From the NCBI GenBank assembly GCA_020891255.1, contig BQFW01000007.1, forward strand, positions 2,886,984-2,950,983: 64,000 nt of DNA, read 5' to 3'. Positions within the stretch are counted from its first letter, which is position 1. Each line of letters begins with the position of its first letter. Of this stretch, positions 49,801 to 62,142 are shown in pieces. Source of the DNA: Entomortierella parvispora E1425 (Eukaryota > Fungi > Mortierellomycota). Below the pieces are notes generated by a model, which was not told where the DNA came from, did no database searches, and saw only the letters and a program-made list of their open reading frames with translations. The position numbers were made by a program, and so were the translations under genes.

Positions 49801-50694
49801 TGAAGGTTTCCTGACAGTCGCCAGAGACCGAGCTGGATCCAGATTGTCCTAAAGTATATTACGCGCGAGAATGCAGGTCAGGTCAGCAACCCCTTTGGGT
49901 TTTAGAGACCTCCTGTCGCACGTTGCGGTTGCAGTGGTTACCTTTTCAGCAGACTGTGTGCTGGATGCGCGTGAGAGTCTACCGTCAGACTCTTTGTTGG
50001 CCTGACCCTCCTCATCATCGTCGTCTTGGTCCTGCTCATCATCTTCGGCCTCTGAGTTGTACCAGCCATTGCCATTCGATGTGGACTCGCGCACCGACCA
50101 ACCGCCTCGTCTTCCTATGTGTGGTTACAATGAATAAAAATTAGTTGAAAGAACACAGGTACCTGTGCTCGCTACATGAAAAGACAAAATTGCGCCTTGC
50201 CTGTACCATCCTGCCCGGTCGTATCTGTAGTTCCTCTACTTCGTGTGCTCCCCTCCTCGGGTTCTGGGATGGTCCAGCTGGATTCTTGGGTTCGCTGGTT
50301 GTAGTAAAATACCTGGCCGTCAGGCGTCGTCTGAGGTAGCCAGAGGTCATCTGCACTCTATGAAAGGGGCAAGAAAGCAGGTTATTCACGGTCCAAGACA
50401 CTCGACAATATGTAAACCCAAGGTCTTGGCTCTTGAGTGTCATACATCCAAGTCATCTGCATCGCCATCATCCTCGTCCAAACTCGCAAGATCCTCTTCG
50501 GTAAGGACCTGGACATAGTTGGAGGGGAACCAGCCCTGGCGTCCATCACAATGCCCAGCCCACCATCCAGATTCCAGCTGAGCAAGGACTTGAATGATGT
50601 CATCTCGTTTGAAAGTCAGGTTGGTCGCGTCCTCAGAGTCAAAGTCGTACATGGCCCTGACGAGGACCTGAACCTCAAGACTCTCCGAGACCAT
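46806..50694 (-). CDS. CDC25: SH3-REM-CDC25 Ras guanine nucleotide exchange factor
   Basis: SH3 (VRAMYDFD...GWWAG...GWFPSNYV), REM (KGGTLPALIERLT...FLLTYRSFTT), CDC25 domain (ELDPLEFARQLT, PPCVPFVGMYLTDL), C-terminal ERGDEKIARMLTESGML. Middle exons are approximate. Confidence 0.9.
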
Positions 50695-51670
50695 TTTTCT
50701 ATCGACTGTTGTAGGCCGGTATCGTGGGTATTCAGTCGGAAGAGGGGCAGCAAAGGGTTGAAGAAATTGACGCCGTCTGTGTGGTTGACTAGAGGTCGGC
50801 TGATTGGGGAAGTGAGTGGGGAAGTGAGTGGGGAGGTGAGTGGGGAGGTGGGGAGGTGGGGAGGTGGGAAGAGTGAAAATGTGCCAGAGATGAAGAGAAG
50901 GAGTGATGAGCGAACGACAGTGGTTATTTTTGGGGCAGGTTCCCAGCAAGATGGATGAGAGGAGCAAGATTCGAAAGAGAGTCCAAGAGGAAGGAAAAAA
51001 AAAAGAAAAAAAAAGAGACGAGAGAGCCGCTGGGCTTGAAGTCTGCAACAGAACACGGAGAAAAAACAGGGTGTGGAAACAAACAAATTGTCCAGGCGAG
51101 AGATGTGGGTGAGGGTGGAGAGGTGAGGTGGAGAGGGATCCTCGCCCTTCTGGCCCCTGCCCTCGAGCAAAGGAAGAGCAGTAGACAAACAGAGTCGTTG
51201 GTGATTATTGATTGGATTGGAGAGAACACGACGGACGAGGCGGAAAACCTTGTTGGTCTCGCGGGTTCGTTTGGTCTGGTTGCGCGTGTTGACTTGACGG
51301 GGAGTCGCTGCCTGGATTGGATGGCAGGTGCTTGGGGAAGGAAAGAAGGGTGTGGGGTTGGACGTGGTCGTGTCCTTTGCCTGCATGGATGCATGGACTG
51401 AATGGTACCTCTGTCTCTGGCCCGTCTCTGGCCCCGCTACTCATATGCTTTTGTTCCCCCCCTCTCAGTCGTCTTGCCCTTCCTTGGTCTGCTGCCTGGG
51501 CATCCTCCGCCAACCGCGGCTCGCGGCCAGCTGAGTCACGTGCTACGTGGGCCAAGCCACCGCGCACCGAGCAAGGAAAAGAAAGGTGAAGATCGAATGT
51601 CCCCATCCCTCCCTTCAGTTCTCACCCCATCACCATCTCAACCACCCCCACTCTACTTGCATTTTCAATC

Positions 51671-52963
51671 ATGTCTTTCCCTCTCTTCTGCATGGGCAAC
51701 CCTTTGCTCGATATCCAGGTCAAGGCCAACGAGGAGCTTTTGGCCAGGTATGCTCTGTTCTGAATATGAATCATGTTCCCATCGCGGCAGATCTCAGGGG
51801 CCCAGTCAGAACAAAGCTCTAAAGTCCAATTGCTCTCCTCAACTAGATACAACCTCAAGTCCAACGATGCCATTCTCGCCGATGAGTCTCACATGTCTTT
51901 GTAGGTTGACCTTATCGCGACTTTATTTGTCAGGATCTGCCAATGGTGTCCGCGTCATGACATGAGTGTTTTAGCCTCGGACAGGAGGCGTCCGAGAAAA
52001 TTACAGGTCGCTTCTTTTTTTTTTTTTCTTTTTTTTTTTCTGACAATTTCTGCCTTGTCATCGAATAGGTACGAGGAGATCATCCAGTTCCCTGATGTCG
52101 TCTACGTTGCCGGCGGTGCCAGTCAGAACACTGCCCGCGGTGCCCAGCGCTGCTTGCCTCCCAAGTCCGTCGTGTACGTTGGAGCAACTGCTGATGATAA
52201 GTTCTGCTCCCAGCTCGTCTCTGCCGCCACTGCTGACGGTCTTACTACCGAGTATGTCACCATCCCCGGTGGTCTCCCCACCGGCACCTGTGCTGCTTTG
52301 ATCTCTGGCCACGATCGCTCCCTCGTCACCAAGCTGTCCGCTGCCGAGAAGTTGACCGTTGATCACGTCCGCTCCGAGAAGACCTGGAACTTGGTCAAGG
52401 GCGCCAAGGTCTACTATGTCGAGGGCTTCTTCCTTACTGTCACCCCCGAGGGTATCCTCGAGATTGCCAAGCACGCTGCCGCCGAGAACAAGATCTTCAC
52501 CATGAACTTCTCTGCCCCATTCATTCCTCAGTTCTTCACCAAGGTTCTCGACGAGGTCCTTCCCTACATGGATGTTGTTTTCGGTAACGAGGGTGAGGCT
52601 GAGGCTTACGCCCTTGCCCACAACTTGCCTGATCCCAAGGATGTCAAGGCTGTCGCCACCTACATCGCCAAGTTGCCCAAGGTCAACTCTCAGCGTGAGC
52701 GTCTCGTTGTCTTCACCCAGGGTGTGAACAACACCATCGTTGCCAAGGCTGACGGCACCATTCAGGAGTACCCCATCATCGCCATCCCCGAGTCCGAGAT
52801 TGTTGACTGCAACGGTGCCGGTGATGCCTTCTGTGGTGGATTTATTGCCAAGCTTGTCCAGGGTGCCGACATTGCCACCGCTGTCGCCAAGGGTCACTAC
52901 CTTGCCCACGAGGTCATCCAGCAGGTTGGCCCTACTTACCCCCGCAATGTCAACCAGGATTAA
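51671..52963 (+). CDS. ADO1: Adenosine kinase
   Basis: MGNPLLDIQ, AGGASQNT, LPTGTCAALI, FGNEGEA, DCNGAGDAFCGGF; three exons. Confidence 0.96.
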
Positions 52964-53225
52964 GAGTGCATGCAGCAGGCGTGCAGTACAGCTTTATTTC
53001 AACAAGCAAAGTGTATTATAATAACAGTTTTTTTTTTCAACAAAAAGTTCTTTCATGTATTCTGCGATTAAGGCACCTCAAACTTGAGGTATCGAATGCA
53101 ACTTGTTCCTTTTTGGATTGTAATATTCAATCAGGACCTGTCCTTTTCATCTTTGGCAAATTAATTTTCAAGTGGTCTGATGCACACGTCTATCTGCTCA
53201 TGGTCCTCCTCGATAAAACAGAATA

Positions 53226-54618
53226 CTACTTCTCCTCGCTGACAGCAGCTTTTGCCGCCGCCATCTTTCTCCAGGTTTGGATGGGTTGATTCAACCCATT
53301 TAATCGTTTCTCTGATCCGTCCAACGCATCCGACCATCTCTCCAGTGCACCATCGTAAAACGTTTGAATGGCCACGTTCATTCCTTCATCTTGGTTCTTG
53401 GAATGCTCAGCAATTAAATCCCCTAACTGGACACCGTCTAACAAACCATGATTACCACCCTCACCTGCAAAGATAGGCATGGCATGGGCTGCATCACCGA
53501 TTAAAACCACAAGTCCAGACCTTTGCCATGCCGTTTCAATCAAATCTTCTCTTGAGCAACGGATTGAGCGCATGACCCATTGGTAACGGACTGTCTTTCG
53601 GATCGATTCCGAGGCAAAGATCTCAGCAAAAGGAGATGCCAGGGATGGTTGAAAAGTTGCAATCTCATCGAAGAAGGCCTCTTTGATCATGTTGGGATCT
53701 TCCGCGTTGCGTTCGTACAATGTATCCGACTCTGGATCTAACAGGGACTTAATAGGACGCGAGTAACTCCAGGAGAGTTCAACTTCAGAATCTGTCTGAT
53801 CGTTCACGGCTAGGGAGATATTGAAGAGATCCCCCATTCCAATGTAGACGTTATTCTTCTCCATCATAGTGCCGAGACTAGTGGTGTCGAACTCTTTGCG
53901 AGGCAGGTTGATGATGCCGTTGAAAGTAACAGAATGCAGAACGCTCGGGAGGATTTGCGGAAGGACTAGCTTACGGACTGAAGGTATTCCATTTGACACA
54001 GGTAGAAATTGTTTGAAAAGGATATGATGCCAAAGCAAAAATGGTTCTTTTTTTTTTCTTTTCTTTCTTACCTGTGGAGTGGACGCCATCTGCAGCGACA
54101 AGGATACTTCCTTCGACCCTTTCACCATTGGCAAATTTGGCTACAACACCCTTCTTGTCCGACAAAACCTCATATCCTTCAAATACATGCTGAAAGCGCA
54201 CATCAATCGGGCTTCGTTCGTTCACCCTTCCTTTCATCAGGAACTCTCTCAAACGGAATCGATTTGCTCGAAAGAACTCTTGGGTGACCATTTGAGCGCC
54301 TGGTCGATGAGCCATTTTGATTAAATCCGTGCCTGTGTAGACATCATGAACTGTTGTAGAGATATACCCATGTCCACCAACAGCTGCATCGGTTGCCACG
54401 GTCTCTTGAAAGTCTTGGGCTGTAACGCCTGCGCGTTTAAGAAGGGAATCATAGCCCCATGAGCGAAGGGTGACACCGAACCCCTGACGACGGGTCTCAG
54501 AGGCATCATCAAATACGATAGCGGGTATCGAATGGGCGGCGAGTGTTCGAGCAAGTGATAACCCGGCTATACCGGCTCCAATAATGAGGATTGGTTTCCT
54601 GATGTGGTTTAAGGACAT
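53226..54618 (-). CDS. FAD-dependent monooxygenase (group A)
   Basis: IIGAGIAGL (Rossmann), VAADGVHS (DG), VLIGDAAHAM...GEGGNHGLLD (GD); intron 53978-54071. Confidence 0.92.
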
Positions 54619-56602
54619 TTTTTATAATGGCACGCCTGAAAATCCTGAGAGGAATCGGGGGAGGGAGTAGGGGAAAGAAAGAGGGGTGAGTAGCAATGTT
54701 GGGATAGCTGAGCCAGGGACGTCCAAGGTTTTATACGTTCAAAAAAGACGAATTCCATCCAAAAATGGTAATTTTTCCATCGTTTCTCTCCTGAAAGCGC
54801 GGCAAGTGGAAGTTGTTGTCGCCTGAAGAGGAAGAAATAGAAGGCCGGGAAACAAAGGTGAGACGGGAATGATCGTGCGCAAGGTACAAGGGAAAAAAAA
54901 ATGGCAGGAAGAGCATACTTCAAGAAAGGCAACAATCGGCCCGGCTGTAAAGTATTTCGAGGGGGTTTTTTTTTCAAGTTGTTGGTTTCCAAGCTGGCAC
55001 GACCTCTCATTCCGCCCTCTCATCCTCATTCCTCTCCATTCGCCTTCGTTCCTACCTCAAAGACCATTGGACTGAACGCCAATGTATTGTCATACTTCGA
55101 CGCATCCAGCCCTGTTCTTCGCCTCAATGTACAGTACACACGACCAAAAAGAAAAAGAAAATACGAACACAGCTTGTTTGGTGTTGGTGGACGAGCATGT
55201 GCAGTGGTAAGAGGGGAGAACTGGCCTCTCCTAGACAGGATATAGCAAGCACCGTGGAACATCAGCAGCAAGGAAATGGAGAGAAGAAAAAGAATTGCGT
55301 TCGGAGGCTTTCGCCATTGCTTGCTGAAAAAGCGCCAGATCAGGAAGTAACCAAGTGGTTTTCGACATGTCTTTCTTTTACGGAGACACATGCAGGACTA
55401 CGTCGATAGTTATAGTACGGTTGCATATGATGCTCGCCTATGGCAAAGACTTCAAAAATGAGCCATCGTTATTGCAGCTTCTCAGTTTTTTCATTCGAGC
55501 CGCGAAGAGTTGTACCTCTGACTTCAAACGTTCGATCTTTCATACCCCATGCAAGGGCAACCTGCACTGCAGTCTTTGTCATGCCCTTCTCTCCAACCTC
55601 GGACTCACAGGAGCCAACAGTACAAATACATGTCGAAAGCCGAATTGTGGCCGGGGGCGTGCGCGCAAGAAGTGGAGACAGTCTCACAACATTCGCTCAT
55701 GGCCGAATTGATGGATCCTCGTTTGTCCTCGACTTGATGGAAACACATACCTTTGAGCTCCCCCAGAGGAGACTTCAAAAAAAAAAAAAAAACGAAGTCA
55801 AAAAAAATCGCATCGACCAATGTCCCCATATTCCGACACGCTTGATCCAGTCCTCTCCTGCCAAAGTCCGTAACAAAATCAATGGAGGGGAGAAAGAGGT
55901 TACACCACATACTCTCCCTACGTGCCTATATCAGGGGGAATCCAAGGAACGAGTAATCTTGGGAGGAGCGCATCCCAGCTGCTGCTGGCGCAAAAAAAAA
56001 AACCCCCCCCTGGCACCGCTTTGTTGTTTGTTGTCCCCATGGACTGTATTGGTCTAACGTGAACACAGTTTCACAAGGTCAATTCAATTGGTGGCTTAAA
56101 GTAAAAAAAAACTAAGAAAAGTCACTCTGTGCGTGAACACCGTGAAGGCGAAAATCGCATCGGGGCGAGGGACAGGGTAGTTAAGTCTTTTAAGGGGTTT
56201 TGGGCTGGGCTTTTTATGTTGGAGTTGGTGGCGCGACTGCATTGCACGCTGCATGCTTTCCGCGAACCATTCAACCATTCTTAACACCCTTCCTTCTTAC
56301 TCACTCTAATTCTCAAGATCCAGAGCGCCTCGTTTCTTTCCTTTCTTCCCCCTCCTTCGCCAAACTATCCCTACCGACTGCTCACTATTTTTTCCCACGC
56401 TGGACAACCATTAGCCAACGTTTCATCTCCAAACGAGGGAAGATTGCATGTTCAGTTCCCAGAGCCATTGGGCGGCAAGGACAACCCAACCCAATGTAGA
56501 CTTCAATGCGACAACAACTGCTCTTCATGCGCTGGGTATGTTTGCACATTGTCGCACTGTCTGCTTTAGCATGGAAAACATGGCTGCATAGCGAAAGAAG
56601 GA

Positions 56603-59600
56603 TTGGATGTTCATTCGCTTTCTTTGGTGTCTAATGAAGTTCATGCGACTTCGGGATCTAGCTCCTCAGGGTCATCTTCATCAGCATATGCATTACCACT
56701 ATCTGAACAGGGTGAAATGAACGAGAACCAAAACGAAAGAGCGCAAGCTGGTTCGAGTGCAAGCAATGCTGTTCCTCAAAAGAGAAAATCCAGGAGCGAC
56801 AAAGGCAAGAAACGTGGCCCCAGAAATCAGCAAAATAATGACAGAGACCTGTCATATAGCGCCTCCAAGGGGAAAGAGCGTGCTATCCCACAAGACTCTA
56901 GCGATCTGTCGGAAGGAGAAGCTAGCTCGCGGTTACCAAAAGCGCATATGACGCAGAGACCTCACCGAGACTGCATGGATGATATCTTTGGTGGAGCAGA
57001 GCGTGTGTATTCACAGGGGGAGTTGGATTTGAGGACATCCGAGGCCCATGGCAGTGACTACGAGAGCGATGGATCCTCTGACTCGGAATATGACGAGGAA
57101 GATGACCAGACTAGGGAATTGAGGAAGATGGAGACCAAAAAGCGTTTGGCTGTGGCCAAGCTGACTCAGTCCTCCCGAGAATCATTGCCAGAAGAAATCA
57201 TGCGGTCCCAGCAAGAAATTGACCGTGAAAGAGCGGAGGACGAGGAGCGGGCCCAGTTGGAGGTTGATGATGGACCTGTTCAGTTTATCGCCGATCAAGA
57301 GCTGGATGCTAGCGATGACCCACTCATGCAAGGAACAGAGGACGTTGCCGCTCGTCGAGATTATTTAGACGATCAAGACTTCGACCAACAACTCGCAGAC
57401 ATGGAGATCTCCGCACTGCAGCAAGCTGCTCGCCAAGGCAAACAACAACAGGCCAAGAGTACCCAGGCAACATATGGCCGCTATCAGAGGCACTGGGTGG
57501 TAATAGAATGCTGCTGCTACAGTTGACTGGCTCATCATTTTCAAACGTTATTGACCATAACAGAGTAATCCATTACCTCCCATGACAATAGGCCTGGTGC
57601 AAACGAATGGGCTATGTCAAACCCAATGTACTTCCCAGTCGCTTCCTCCTTTACATGACCCACAACGTCGCCAAACACCCTGTCGACCCTGAGCTGCCAA
57701 AAGGGATTCGCCCTCTACGAGTCAGCAAAACAAAGGATGGCTATGATCCTGACGGCCAACTGCCGGCTCCAGAAACAGTCATGCAATACGTCAAAGCCTG
57801 CTTCGATCTTTTTAAGATGCAAAAGGCAGATCCGAGCAACAAGGTTATGTTTGGGCATCCTACGATCAGTTTACGATCTCCAGAGCTGTCTTCACTCATG
57901 AAGGGATATGTTCTGGAGTATTCCGCCCAACTCACCTCAGAAGACACAGCGACTCTCAACTTTGACAGTGGATATGATATACCAGAGTTGTCTGCCTTAA
58001 TGTGGGATGGCTGGCAACACAGATACCACGGAAGAACAAAGAGAAAGAAGATCGTCGGATTTCGAAGTCGTCTTAGTGGATCCTGGCTGCACTTCATGAT
58101 GTCTCGAGGCGAAAACTTGCGTATGGCCAGGTTGTCTGACATATTCTCTCATGCATATGAACATCCGAAGGATGGTCACCAGTTCACTTTGGGAGTTATC
58201 CTTCAAATGTTGCGAGGAAAGACGAATCGAGATGGAAAGGCGGCCTATGGAAGCGTTGTCAGGAACAAGGATGTTCAGATATGTCCTGTTGGCAGCCTGG
58301 CGCTTCATCTTCTCGAACGTTTCTTGGTAATAGCCATTAAATATTGGTGCCATATGTTTTTGTTGATATGTTGAAGGCCATACAATTAACTGAGTGACTT
58401 TATCCCATTTTTTTTTCCACTTCAGCTTAAAAAGTTTGACCCCGCAGATAACTCCTGGGTCGACATTTTTCTGCTTGTTGGAAATGACGAAAGAAAAACA
58501 GATGCATGATTCCACCCACCGCGCGGCCGGCAAGTCAGGGCTGGATAGCATTGGAGTGAAAACTAGCAAACCACTGCACGGGCATCGTGGATCAGGAGCA
58601 CGGCATGCACAGGAAGCAGGAGCTGATATCGAAGCAATTTCTCAGCATGGTCGTTGGCAGACAGGAAGGCGAGTCGTCACTCACTACCTCAGCAGTTTCC
58701 CTAAGGATGTTCCTATGAAACTGGCTGGTTGTACTTTGCCTGGAGAACGCCTTTGGTTAGCTCGGAACACTCTTACTCCAGACGCCAACTTGCAGCGAAA
58801 AGTCTTTCCGTTCATAGAGACATGCTTCACGTACCCCGACTGGACAGTATGGGTCGAAAACGTCATGATGGATCGAGATATGTATTTGAATCGACCAGTC
58901 GATCGTCGCATGCCTATAGAGAAGAGGGACATTAGGCTCATACGGTTTCTTCTTCTTCTCGCCCACCTCCGCAAAGTTGTGCTGCAGGACGCAGTCGCCT
59001 TGATGTCTCTCTCAATCCCAGATCGCCCCTACCATCGACATGAGATCTTCGACATCGATCTTTTCAAATCAATCGAGTTCCTAGAATTTCAGAAAAACCT
59101 GATCGAATCCATGGAAACATCTGTCTCGCCTCTGTCAGATAGTATCAAGGCCAATTTACCGGGTCTTCATCATCACAATCAAGTTGTGGAGTCGAAATTG
59201 GACAAACTAAAGGCGATCACTGAAGGTCTCCCCAAGATTCTAAGGGACGAGGCAGCAACATCTCGCGAATTGAACGTGAACGTCATGGATTCACTTGCAA
59301 AGCAGCATCGAGAATTAAACCAACACGCCACAATGGGGATCTTCTCAATGCTCTCTGATATGTTACGAGCGGCGGATCTTCAGATTCGAGCACAAATGAG
59401 GCAGATGACTGGCATATCCGCATCAAATGATATAAGCCTTGCAAGAACTGCTTCAGAGCTGGAGAATTCGTTGCGCACTCAAGTCTTTGCGCCTATCGAA
59501 TGCATTCAGCATGTCCAGCAAATACAACAGGCAGTCCGAAGGCCTGCATCTTTAACACCGCAAGAACCTCAGATCCATCCCACCTCTACTCAACCTCGAC

Positions 59601-60553
59601 AAACGCGAAAAAACATGGAGAGCATGGAGCTCGGCTTAGAAGTCTCGGGAATGGTCATGGCAGAGAATTTAAGAAAACATCGGCGGGAGGAGGCCCGCGT
59701 AGCGCAGCGGAACCAGACAACTCATCAAAATGCACGTATTGCTCCAGACGTTGTGGATGTGCCATCGTCAACACCTCCTATCCGCTCACTACCCCCTTCC
59801 CCACATGCATTGTCCATCATGGATGAAGAGTACGAACAGGAACAAGTTGATGATGACGACGACGAGACTTTGATAGATCGTCGTAGGGAACGAACAAAGC
59901 AACGGCGACTCGAGATCAGACTTGATGAAGATCTTGATCTAGAACAACAAAGTCAACACCTAGCAACAACAACACCACCACCACCACCACCACCGCAACC
60001 GCAGCCGCAACCGCAACCGCAACCGCAACAGCAACAGCAACAGCAAACGCCAATTTTACAAGAGCACGATCAGCAGCAGCAGCAGCGTCAATTGGAGGGA
60101 AATCTCGAAGGTCACCTTGCGGCGCTTGCAGCAAGCTTTTCTGAGCGAATATGGACCCTACCTCAGATAACTCCAAATATTGATAATATTGTGCTGGCGC
60201 GAGATGGGAACAGAAAAGACGCCGTACCCGTCGATTTGGATGAGATATGGCGACGGTGGTTCAGAGGTTCTGGAGCTACCCCTCCTATCTGGCAACTAGA
60301 TGTGTCCTTTGGCAAAGATTGGCGATATCGCAGGGGCAATATTGGAGTTTCCAATAGGAAAAACTACCAGTACTTCAAGGATGTGATCTATCACGTTCTG
60401 GGTATGATTCATGAGATGCCTGCTGAGCGTGACTTGGATGTGCGAAAACAATTGGCGTTTGAAAGTCTTCGGGAACCAATTGAGCGTGCCGGGGGTATAT
60501 GTTCTTACCACAGAAAAGTAATCAAAAAAAAACCTGCAGCTGCGATTGAATAA
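56603..60553 (+). mobile_element. Crypton-type tyrosine recombinase gene (Ndc10-like YR domain + C-terminal GCR1_C-like domain), spliced; possible +1 frameshift at 58494-58498
   Basis: TYGRYQRHWV|AWCKRMGY, MSRGENLR (R), RGKTN (K), CPVGSLA, LHGHRGSGAR (HxxR), GRW (W), THYL (Y); C-terminal DEIWRRWFRG...PPIWQLDVSFGKDWR. Introns at 57500-57591 and about 58327-58425. Element termini not identified. Confidence 0.85.
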
Positions 60554-61412
60554 ACAACATTCTGGCTTTCTACTTGTTATCCCTTTAATTCTGTAATGAC
60601 TACTTAACTACTGCAGTCTCTCAAGTTCATGCGCTAGTTTGAATACACTCTTGGTCTGTTGTCTTATCAGAAAAGGGGGCTGGCAGGATGAACGGCCAGA
60701 ATGGATTTGCATTTTTTTTCAGAATGGATTTGCTTCATCGTACCTCGAAGTCCGCCCCCTGGACTTTATGGTACGCCCTTAATTACATACACGTGACCAT
60801 AAATTTCTGTGAATATTGCTTGTTCCCAAAAAATGTGAATTCTGGATACTGATCGTTCCTGAACTCTCTTCCTGTTCTTCACTCTTTGCTCGTCTGCTCG
60901 TTTTCTCTTTCTCTTCCCTCCCCCTTCTTGTCTTCTCTTTTGAACTTGTCTCTTTGATCTCTCCCCTCTCGCCCTTCCCTCGCTTCTTTCGTTTCTTTGG
61001 AACCCCTTTTCTTTCTTGCTCTTCTGCTGTTTTCTTCCTTGTTGTTTGTCAGTCTTTCTCTTGTTTTCCTTCGATGATGTCTTCTTGAACTTGTCTGGTC
61101 CACCCCCTCTCTTGCGTCGCTCTTTCTTTTGTTGCATTCAACTGTCCCTCTCTTCTTTTCCTTCTCTTCTTTCCTTTCTTCTCTTCCCTCTTGATCGTCT
61201 TTTCTCTTCTCTTTCCTCTTGTTCGTCATCTTTGTCTTCTCTCTTGCACTTGTCTGTTTGATCTCTCCGTTTTGTCCTTCTCGCTTTTCTCTATGACAAC
61301 CCTGTCTGCGTCCCCAGAGATTGTGCATGACCACCAAGGGAGGAAAGATCTGAAGACTTTGCTGCTGAAATCTTGGGATGAGCGTATTGTGGCTACTGGC
61401 GCAGGTCCGATG

Positions 61413-61706
61413 CTCTTCTTCCTTGTCTCTTGTCCGTCTCTTCTCCCTCTTCTGTTCCCTCTTGGTCGTCCCTCTCTTCTCCTCCCTCTCTTCTCCTCCC
61501 TCTTGTCCCTCCTCTTCTTCCTTGTCTCTTGTCCGTCTCTTCTCCCTCTTCTGTTCCCTCTTGGTCGTCCCTCTCTTCTCCTCCCTCTCTTCTCCTCCCT
61601 CTTGTCCCTCCTCTTCTCCTCCCTCTTGTCCCTCCTCTTCTCTTGCCTCTTGTCCCTCCTCTTCTCTTGCCTCTTGTCCCTCCTCTTCTCTTGTCTCTTG
61701 TCCCTC
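61413..61706. repeat. Nested tandem repeat: 99-bp unit x2 followed by a 24-bp unit x5 (overlapping the end of unit 2)
   Basis: 61413-61511 = 61512-61610; the unit CTCTTCTC(CTCC/TTGC/TTGT)CTCTTGTCCCTC is repeated over 61587-61706. Confidence 0.9.
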
Positions 61707-61894
61707 CTCTTCTCTTTCCTCCCAAGACCATTGTTCTTTTGGATGGGGCGAGTGCACCTCCTTTTGTCAAAAAAAAAAGGGCCGAAGGGGGAGAGAAACG
61801 GGCTGTTGTTGTTTCTTGCATGGAGCGTAACTGAACTTTTCCTTTACTCCCGTCTGTCTCCCTCCCTTCTCTTGCCCTCTCTCAACCCATCCTC

Positions 61895-62142
61895 CTTGCA
61901 TCCCCCTCGTCTCTTGCATCCCCCTCGTCTCTTGCATCCCCCTCGTCTCTTGCATCCCCCTCGTCTCTTGCATCCCCCTCGTCTCTTGCATTCATCTCGT
62001 CCTCTCCATCTCGTCCTCTCCATCTCATCCCCTGCATCCCTCTCGTTTCTTGCATTCATCTCGTCCTCTCCCTCTCGTCCCTTGCATCCCCCTCGTTCCT
62101 TGCATTCCTCTCGTCCCTTGCATTCCTCTCGTCCCTTGCATC
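61895..62142. repeat. 18-bp minisatellite
   Basis: CTTGCATCCCCCTCGTCT x5 perfect (61895-61984), with variant copies CTTGCATTCCTCTCGTCC to about 62140. Confidence 0.9.

Noticed and set aside
24569-52963. SAH1 and ADO1 as a methyl-cycle/adenosine gene cluster
   Set aside because: They catalyse consecutive steps but lie 25 kb apart with unrelated genes between; without synteny data this is compatible with chance.
61413-62142. Tandem repeats as a CRISPR-like array
   Set aside because: No unique spacers, eukaryotic context, no cas genes.
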